Source: Candidatus Binatia bacterium
GTDB lineage: Bacteria > Desulfobacterota > Binatia > UBA9968 > JAJDTQ01
Reading direction: 5' to 3'
Length of the DNA stretch: 64,000 bases
Assembly (NCBI GenBank): GCA_963666515.2
Contig: OY762897.2
Span: forward strand, 2,432,001-2,496,000
The stretch's first letter is position 1. Each line of letters begins with the position of its first letter. Positions 56,086 through 64,000 of the stretch are shown one piece after another. Under the pieces are notes generated by a model. It did not search any database. It was not told the origin of the DNA and was given only the letters and a program-made list of their open reading frames with translations. Made by a program: the position numbers and the translations under genes.

Positions 56086-57024
56086 ATGCCCGACGAACTG
56101 CTGCATCAACCGCACGACAAGATCTTCCGCTCCGTCTTCTCTGATCCCGCCGAAGCCGCGGCCCTTCTCCGGGCCGTCCTGCCCGCCCCGCTCCCCGACC
56201 GCATCCACTGGAACACACTCTCCCTCCTCCCGGACTCCTTCATCGACGACACCCTCCGCGCCACCGAGTCCGACCTGCTCTTCGAGGTCCGCCATGAAGG
56301 GGTTCGGGAACCCATTCACGTCTATGTCCTGCTGGAGCACCAGTCCTCCCCGGACCGCTGGATGCCCTTCCGCCTGCTCAAGTATTGCTTTCGTATATGG
56401 GACCCCCACGCCAACGGGTCGAACCTCCTGCGTCCCATCCTGCCGGTGGTGTTCTACCTCGGTCCTCGCCGCTGGAACTACCCTACGGAGTTCGTCCATC
56501 TGTTCCCGGAGGAATGCCGCGAGTTGGCATGGACGCCGCGCTTCGACTATCTGTTGCTGGACCGGACCGGGGTCGAGCCGGACCAAGTGGGCGGCGACAT
56601 CGGAGGACGCATCGCCCAGTTGTTGATGATGGCGGCGTTCACGCGTAACATGCGTGATATCAAGGAAGCGCTGAACCTCGCCGCGAGCCTGGTGGCGGCA
56701 GGGACCAGCCACTGGCCGCAACTCAGGACGTACCTGTTGGCGACCCAGTATCAGGAACAGGTGCAGGCGTTTGCGGAAGCCCTGCAACGCCATGGTAGCC
56801 GACAAGGAGGGGAGATCATGTCATACGCCCAGCAACTCCTGGAGGAGGGCTTGGCCAAAGGGCGGAACGAAGGTCTGGCCGAAGGCGAACGCCGAGCCAA
56901 GGTGGAGATGATCGAGGGCCTGTTGAAAACCGGGATGACCTGGGATGTTATCCAGCGGGCCACGGGCCTGGACGAGTCGCAGTTCCTGTCCCTCAAGCAG
57001 CAAGCGCCGCCATACGACAAATAG
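56086..57024 (+). CDS. Rpn family recombination-promoting nuclease / putative transposase (YhgA, PD-(D/E)XK)
   Basis: HDKIFR, SFID, ESDLLF, LLEHQSSPD, PILPVVFY.G..W, C-terminal EG..KG..EG..EG repeats. Confidence 0.92.
   Translation: MPDELLHQPHDKIFRSVFSDPAEAAALLRAVLPAPLPDRIHWNTLSLLPDSFIDDTLRATESDLLFEVRHEGVREPIHVYVLLEHQSSPDRWMPFRLLKYCFRIWDPHANGSNLLRPILPVVFYLGPRRWNYPTEFVHLFPEECRELAWTPRFDYLLLDRTGVEPDQVGGDIGGRIAQLLMMAAFTRNMRDIKEALNLAASLVAAGTSHWPQLRTYLLATQYQEQVQAFAEALQRHGSRQGGEIMSYAQQLLEEGLAKGRNEGLAEGERRAKVEMIEGLLKTGMTWDVIQRATGLDESQFLSLKQQAPPYDK
56818..57024 (+). CDS. putative intragenic small protein (RpnS-type antitoxin) translated from an internal start
   Basis: Internal SD AAGGAGG (56804-56810) 7 nt before the in-frame ATG at 56818; product MSYAQQLLEEGLAKG... 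Confidence 0.65.
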   Translation: MSYAQQLLEEGLAKGRNEGLAEGERRAKVEMIEGLLKTGMTWDVIQRATGLDESQFLSLKQQAPPYDK

Positions 57025-57075
57025 CCGCCATGGCGCAGGCGGGCAAAGATCGTTGGGGTTTCCTCCGTAAACGGC

Positions 57076-57963
57076 GTGGACATCGTGAAGATCGGTATCG
57101 GACTGCCCTTCAAGACCTCCAGGGATAGCTGGCCGGCCATCGAGGCGCTGGCGCGGAAGGCCGACCAGGGCTCCTACTCCAGCTTCGCGGTCATCGACCG
57201 GCTTGCCTACGACAACTACGAGCCGTTGGTGATGCTGGCCGCGCTGGCCTCCGTCACGAAACGCATACGGCTCATGACCGCGGTGCTGGTGGGCCCGCTC
57301 AGAGGAGCCGGGGTGCTGGCCAAGCAGGCGGCCACCATCGACGCCGTTTCCGGTGGCCGTCTCAGCCTCGGCATCGCCGTGGGCAGCCGCGAGGACGACG
57401 CCTTGGTGGCCCCCTCCGGCTTCCACGACCGCGGCCGCCGCTTCGACCGCCAACTCGACCTCATGAGAAGGATCTGGCGCGGCGAGATCGTCAACGACGC
57501 CCAGCGGCCCGTGGGGCCGGACACGGTACAGTCCGGAGGCCCGGAGCTTCTCATCGGGGGCACCACGACGCGTGCCCTGGACCGGGTCGGGAAGTACGCC
57601 GACGGCTACGTCATGGGCGGCGGAGCGCTGGACCGGGAGTGGGCCGCGGGCGTTCTCAAGCAGGTGAACGAATCGTGGCAGCGGCACGGCCGGAGCGGCC
57701 GTTCGCGCATCGTGGCGTCGGTGCTGACGGCGCTGGGACCGGGGGCTGAGGAAGCCCTGCGTGCGGCGTTCGCGGACTACTACGGCCGCGACCCTGCCCG
57801 TTTGGCGGCGCGCTTGGCGCGCGCCAACCTGTCCACGCCCGAGGCCATCCGCGACGCCATCGCGTTGCACCGGGAACTGGGCACCGACGAGCTGATTCTC
57901 AAGCCCGCGACGCTGGCGCCGGACCAACTCGAACGGCTGACCGAGGTGGTCGCCGGAACCTGA
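57076..57963 (+). CDS. LLM-class flavin/F420-dependent oxidoreductase
   Basis: IDRLAYDNYEP, LAKQAATIDAVSGGRL.LG, PELLIGG. Confidence 0.9.
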   Translation: MDIVKIGIGLPFKTSRDSWPAIEALARKADQGSYSSFAVIDRLAYDNYEPLVMLAALASVTKRIRLMTAVLVGPLRGAGVLAKQAATIDAVSGGRLSLGIAVGSREDDALVAPSGFHDRGRRFDRQLDLMRRIWRGEIVNDAQRPVGPDTVQSGGPELLIGGTTTRALDRVGKYADGYVMGGGALDREWAAGVLKQVNESWQRHGRSGRSRIVASVLTALGPGAEEALRAAFADYYGRDPARLAARLARANLSTPEAIRDAIALHRELGTDELILKPATLAPDQLERLTEVVAGT

Positions 57964-57980
57964 GCGCACTGGGAGCAATC

Positions 57981-58885
57981 ATGGCCGCACGCAGTCTCGT
58001 TCCGGAAGGATACGAGGTGTACCTCGACCACATGGGGCTCTTCGTCCCGGACTTCGACGCCTCGCCGCGGAGGCTCCAGGAGCTGGGCTTCTCCCTGACG
58101 CCGTTCGTGGCCCACATGGCCAGCACCGAACCCGGCGTAGCGGCCACTCCCAGCGGCACCGGCAACCAGTGCGCGATCTTCGGGCAGGGCTACCTGGAGA
58201 TGCTCGGGCCGACGGTGGACACGCCGCTTTCGCGCCAGCTCCGGGCGCAGCTCGACCGCTACCCGGGGTGGCACCTGATCGCGTTCGCGGCCAACCACCC
58301 CGAGGAGAACCACGAGCGCATCGGCCGGGACGGCTTCCGGCCGCTGCCGCTGGTGCGTCTGGCGCGGCCGGTGCCCACGGACAGCGGGGAGGAGACCTGC
58401 CGTTTCTCGGTCATCCGGGTACCGCCGGAGGTCATGCCCGAGGGCCGCATCCAGATCGTCACGCACCACACGCCGGAGCTGGTGTGGCAGGCCCGCTACC
58501 AGCCCCAGCCCAACGGCGCCGCGGCGCTTACCGGCGTGCTGGTATGCGTGGACGACCCGCGGGAGGCGTGCGCGCGTTTCTGCCGGTTCGTCGGGGTGGA
58601 GCCGGTGGAAGGGACGGACACCTGGGAGATGGGGCTCCAGGAAGGCCGCGTCGTCTTCATCGAGGGCCGGCGGTTCCGCGAGCGTTACCCGGACCGGGAG
58701 CTGCCCTGCACGCCCTACATCGCCGAAGTGTCCCTGCGCACTGATGACCTGGCGGCGACGCGCAGCTACCTCGACGGCGCCGACGTCCGCTACGAGACCC
58801 TGGACGGCGACACCGTGCGCATACCGGGGGCCGAGGCCCTGGGGGCGTCCTTTCTGTTCCATCAGTCCCTGGAGGGAGGCATCCG

Positions 58886-58889
<4 letters not shown>
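57981..58889 (+). CDS. VOC/glyoxalase-like family protein
   Basis: [42 protein letters not shown]. Confidence 0.85.
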
Positions 58890-60253
<1,364 letters not shown>

Positions 60254-60254
60254 C

Positions 60255-60590
60255 ATGCGCAGACCTGGTTTGATTCCGGCGGTCGGCCTTGCCTTGGCGC
60301 TGCTGAGCGCCTGCGGAGAAAAGGTTGAAGAGGTGAAGGGACCGGACCCGGCCCGAGGGAGGCGGCTTTACCTCGCGACCTGCATCGTGTGCCACAACAC
60401 AGACCCGAGCAAACCCGGCTCCCAGGGGCCTCCCGTCAAGGGATCTTCATTGGAACTGCTGGAGGCCAAGGTCCTGCACAAACGCTATCCGCCCGACTAC
60501 AAGCCTCAACGGACGACCAAGGCCATGCCCACCTACCCTCAACTGAGGAAAAGGATTCCCGATATCGCTGCCTATCTGGCGCAGCAGTAG
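60255..60590 (+). CDS. monoheme c-type cytochrome lipoprotein
   Basis: Lipobox LSAC, CIVCH, distal Met in KAMP. Confidence 0.85.
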   Translation: MRRPGLIPAVGLALALLSACGEKVEEVKGPDPARGRRLYLATCIVCHNTDPSKPGSQGPPVKGSSLELLEAKVLHKRYPPDYKPQRTTKAMPTYPQLRKRIPDIAAYLAQQ

Positions 60591-60595
60591 GCTGC

Positions 60596-61285
60596 CTACG
60601 CCATCGCCAGGAGAATCCAGAAGATCGCGGTGAGGATGAAGCCGCTCCATAGTACGTTCGGAATGGAGGTCAGGAGCTTCTTGGTGCCTCCGCCGGCATC
60701 CCCCACCAACGCGTTCAGCTCGACGACGGCGATGATCACGAGGGTGACGATCCAGTAAACCGCCACGCCGCCGCCGTACTCGCCGTGCGGATAGTGGCTC
60801 GCCGCGCCCATCAGGAACAGCATGGGGATGGAGAACAGCGTGTTGGTACGGGAGGCGAAGCCGGCCCACTGACCCTTGCTCGCCGCGTCGGGAAGGGCTT
60901 CTCCGCCCTCGGCCACCTTGTTGGCGGAGGCGATGACCACCTGCTGATTGGGCCAGATGACCAGCCACACGTTGAGGAACATGATCGTGCCCATGGTGCC
61001 GCCGATGGTGATGGCCATGCCGTAGCCGATCACGAAGAAGTCGGCGCCGAACTGCATCAGCTTGATGAGCCACATGAGAATACCCGCCAGGAAGGTGAAC
61101 ATGGCGCCCCAGCGAAACCACCAGAGGGCGCGGGGCACGAGCTTCTGAATGGCGCCGGTGCGGGTCCCTGCCTCGGTCTCTGCGAAGAACGGAGTCTGAA
61201 CGAAGTTGAAATAGTAGAGCAAGCCGATCCAGGTGACACCGGCCAACAAATGTACCCAACGCAGTAGGAATTCAACGAGCTCCAT
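60596..61285 (-). CDS. urate hydroxylase PuuD-like membrane protein (N-terminal domain only)
   Basis: LRWVHLLAGVTWIGLLYYFNFVQ, LWWFRW.A, IMFLNVW.VIWPNQ, SRTNT.FSIPML..M..SH; RBS AGGAGG. Confidence 0.85.
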   Translation of the reverse strand: MELVEFLLRWVHLLAGVTWIGLLYYFNFVQTPFFAETEAGTRTGAIQKLVPRALWWFRWGAMFTFLAGILMWLIKLMQFGADFFVIGYGMAITIGGTMGTIMFLNVWLVIWPNQQVVIASANKVAEGGEALPDAASKGQWAGFASRTNTLFSIPMLFLMGAASHYPHGEYGGGVAVYWIVTLVIIAVVELNALVGDAGGGTKKLLTSIPNVLWSGFILTAIFWILLAMA

Positions 61286-61332
61286 CAAGCACCTCCTGTA
61301 AGCTGTTTCCCGGAAAGATCGAACCGTCGGCC

Positions 61333-61362
61333 ATTATAGGCAGTAACGGGCCGGATGGTCAA
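61333..61362 (-). promoter_or_regulatory. putative sigma70 promoter of the puuD-like gene
   Basis: TTGACC-N18-TATAAT on the minus strand. Confidence 0.65.
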
Positions 61363-61404
61363 TGAGAAGCGCCGCCGCCGTCGTGCCGTTGCCGCCCGCG
61401 CCGG

Positions 61405-63624
61405 TCATTCCTCCCCGATGAGCGAACGGACCTTCTCGTACAGTTCACGAAGCCTGGCCTTGTAGTAGTCCACGTTCTCGTCGGGACTGGCCGGATCCCA
61501 TTGGGAGACGTGCCGGCAGCTCTCGTTCACCATGACGTTGGCCCCCTGTCCCGCCACGTAGCAGGAGACTTGGTCCCCGGGCAGGTACTTCCGTTCCGAC
61601 CGGAGCGCCGCCTCATAGGCGCCGCGGGGGTGCTGTTTCCCGCCCTTGACCTTCATCTGGTACTCGTCCAGGGATTCCCGCAGGGTCTCGGTCCGCTTGA
61701 GCAGGAGCAGGTCGAGGCGATGATTGGCGATGGCGTCCCGATACCGCTCGTACAGCGCCGGGATCTCGTCCTTCCGCCCTTGCAACAGGAGCGCGAGCGT
61801 TTCCTGAAGCCACTCGCGCCGATAGCGCTCCAGGCCGCGCGAGCCGAGTTCGGAACCGGCCACGGAAAGCTCGTCGTGCTCGTCCAGCAGCGCGTGGTTG
61901 CCCGGCCCGTAGCAGAACATCGCCCGGTACCGGGTCAGCGGAAGCTCCACCTTCCACGGCAACCACGAGGCCGCCTCCAGCGACAGCGCCTCCTCCGCCG
62001 GCGCGCCGGTCAAGCCGGACCGGGAGACCAAGTAGATGCCGGCGGCATCCACGGTGACGATCCGGTGGCCGTGCTCCGCGAGCCGTGCAGCCAACCCCCG
62101 GATCAGGTCTCCGGCGGCCGCGGTGACGCCGTCGGCCGCACGGGAGTCGTTGAAGTGGCCCTCGGCAAACGACAGGTAGTCGTGGAACGAGTCCAGCAGC
62201 ACCTTGAGGCCGGACCGGACCGTCGCGAGGAAGCGGCCCTCATGCCCTGCCGGGGCCGCGCCGCGGATGCGTCCGTCCCTTTCGCGCAGGTCACCGAGCC
62301 CGCGCAGCAGGTCCGGGAAGACGCCGAGATCGTCCGCCTCCGGACGGCAGCCGTCCGCGAGCATGACGGCCGGGTAGAGCGCGGTGACGTCGCAATGCAG
62401 GATCGGCCGCGACACCCCCCGGACCTCGAGGCCGGCATGTTTCTCCGCGGCCGCCGTTCCGGCCGCGAGGGCGGGAACGGAGTGGCGGCGGGCGAGGTAT
62501 TCCCGGAGCATGAGGCCGTCGATCCTCGTCGAATCGTCCGTCAGCGGCGTCTCCTGGTAGCGGCACGGGAAGACCTGCGCCTGGACGTAGTAGCCGGGCG
62601 AGAGCGCCGCGGAGATCTCCCGGGTCTCGCGCACGTCGTCGAGGGCGTACCGGAAAAGGGTGTCGGGGTCGTGGTCGAAGTACCAGCTCGCCTTCTCGCC
62701 CGGAATATAGGTGCGCTGCGGGGCCGCCAGCCCGAAGTGGCGGGCCACGTCCTTGAGGCCGTCGCGCCGGAGGCGGCGATCGGCCCGGCGGTAGCGTTGC
62801 GCCAGGAACCAGGTGTCGATGACGTGGCGTCCGTGGATGCGGTATTCGCGAAAGGGAATGACCCGGTCGCCGGCCTGGAAGCGCGCGCGGCGGCTGCGGG
62901 GCGCGCTGCCGTCCCGGCCCACCGCCAGGCTCACGCCGTACCGCCGGGCGCGCTCGTCGAGATACGGCAGGTCGAACCGGAAGATGTTGTGGCCCTCGAT
63001 GACGTCCGGGTCTCGGGCGCCGATCTCCCGGACCATCTCCGCCAGCATCTCCGCTTCGTCGTGGTCCCTGCCGGATAGCAGCCGCTCCCAGCCGGTGCTG
63101 TCCGACATGGCGATGGCAGTGATGCGGTCGCCTTCGCGAAGCGGATTGGGAAACTCGAAACCGGCGGTGCGGTACACCTCCAGGTCGATCTGCATGCGCA
63201 CCAGGCGGTCGAACCCCATGTCCAGGAAATGCGTCGTCCCGGACCACAGCAGGTATTGCTGCACGGGATCGGACAGGAACCGGTACGGCGAGCCGGGGGC
63301 GCCGAGGCGCCTGCCGCTCCTGCGCTGGAGCCAGGACTTGGCCGACTCCAGGCTGTCGACATCGGGGAAACAGGCCAGCCGGCGGAACGCGCCGGTTCCC
63401 GACAACGGCTCGATCCGGCAGGGACCCCTCCAGCCCGCGAGCCTGTCCTCGGAGGTCAGCCACAGGAACGGCTCGAAGGGAACCGTCCTGGAATCCACCG
63501 CGGACGACGCCCTGGAGAAGACCCGTATGTGGCGATTTCCTTCGAGTTCCAGGGCCACCACCGCCGCGGTCGCGTCGCGGCCGAACAGCATCTCGTCGTG
63601 CCGGGATGTGGAATCACGCGTCAT
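61405..63624 (-). CDS. family B DNA polymerase homolog; 3'-5' exonuclease motifs intact, polymerase motifs degenerate
   Basis: ExoI IDLEV, ExoII GHNIFRFDLPY, ExoIII YALDD; motif A DVTALYP, motif B KVLLDSFHDY, motif C VDAAGIY. Confidence 0.85.
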   Translation of the reverse strand: MTRDSTSRHDEMLFGRDATAAVVALELEGNRHIRVFSRASSAVDSRTVPFEPFLWLTSEDRLAGWRGPCRIEPLSGTGAFRRLACFPDVDSLESAKSWLQRRSGRRLGAPGSPYRFLSDPVQQYLLWSGTTHFLDMGFDRLVRMQIDLEVYRTAGFEFPNPLREGDRITAIAMSDSTGWERLLSGRDHDEAEMLAEMVREIGARDPDVIEGHNIFRFDLPYLDERARRYGVSLAVGRDGSAPRSRRARFQAGDRVIPFREYRIHGRHVIDTWFLAQRYRRADRRLRRDGLKDVARHFGLAAPQRTYIPGEKASWYFDHDPDTLFRYALDDVRETREISAALSPGYYVQAQVFPCRYQETPLTDDSTRIDGLMLREYLARRHSVPALAAGTAAAEKHAGLEVRGVSRPILHCDVTALYPAVMLADGCRPEADDLGVFPDLLRGLGDLRERDGRIRGAAPAGHEGRFLATVRSGLKVLLDSFHDYLSFAEGHFNDSRAADGVTAAAGDLIRGLAARLAEHGHRIVTVDAAGIYLVSRSGLTGAPAEEALSLEAASWLPWKVELPLTRYRAMFCYGPGNHALLDEHDELSVAGSELGSRGLERYRREWLQETLALLLQGRKDEIPALYERYRDAIANHRLDLLLLKRTETLRESLDEYQMKVKGGKQHPRGAYEAALRSERKYLPGDQVSCYVAGQGANVMVNESCRHVSQWDPASPDENVDYYKARLRELYEKVRSLIGEE

Positions 63625-63750
63625 GGATCTACCCGACGGACTTTCTAACAGATCGGGGCCTTTGCCGTAACGTGGACGGCGGACGCGCGCCTGCGGGTTT
63701 ACCACCGCCCCTGCTGGTGCTGCCGTCGGCAGATGTGCTAGAGAAGAACC

Positions 63751-64000
63751 ATGGCCTCCGACGCCATCTCCATTATTCGCCGGCCCCGTCTGCGGCAACC
63801 CTTCCTGATCCTGTCCTTCTCAGGTTGGAGCGACGCCGGCTCCTCGGCCACTTCCGCGGTCCGGTATCTCATCGAGCAGCTCCTGGCCTCCGAGCTGGCC
63901 AAGATCGACCCCGAGGACTACTACGACTTCTCGGTGCAACGGCCCCACGTGCGCCTGGTGGACGGACAGCGCGAGATCGAGTGGCCTTCCTACGACTTCC
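63751..64000 (+). CDS. PAC2 family (proteasome assembly chaperone-like) protein, partial
   Basis: Manual translation: MASDAISIIRRPRLRQPFLILSFSGWSDAGSSATSAVRYL...IDPEDYYDFSVQRP...IEWP. Confidence 0.85.
   Translation, partial: MASDAISIIRRPRLRQPFLILSFSGWSDAGSSATSAVRYLIEQLLASELAKIDPEDYYDFSVQRPHVRLVDGQREIEWPSYDF

Noticed and set aside
56086-57024. Rpn gene as an IS element
   Set aside because: No terminal inverted repeats or target duplication; the family is not shown to transpose as an IS.

Overview
GC-rich bacterial chromosome segment, gene-dense on both strands. The order ispE-spoVG-tRNA-Gln-prs-rplY-pth-hppA-rpsF-rpsR-DUF2232-rplI suggests a deltaproteobacteria-like organism (inference). The backbone holds housekeeping and metabolic genes: trpBA, panE, ppiA, cysQ, surE, argS, thrC, split transketolase, gor, and a cluster of three decarboxylases plus two dehydrogenases. 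Two different succinate dehydrogenase/fumarate reductase modules lie back to back. Six small, visibly less GC-rich defence or toxin-antitoxin islets are dispersed through the backbone: a putative ART-fold toxin pair, a BglII/BstYI-type R-M system, a HigBA-like TA, a Fic pair, an Rpn nuclease with a likely intragenic antitoxin, and a four-gene operon. That operon (unknown protein + degenerate DUF2791/BrxD-like ATPase + intact DUF2791/BrxD-like ATPase + SNF2 helicase with an uncharacterised N-terminal domain) has no BREX core genes in this window and is the best candidate for an undescribed anti-phage system. Also notable are a full-length family-B DNA polymerase with intact exonuclease motifs but degenerate polymerase motifs, and three families of REP-like palindromes, some nested inside one another. 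No CRISPR array, rRNA or integrase was seen. All calls come from motif recognition by eye; no database search was run.
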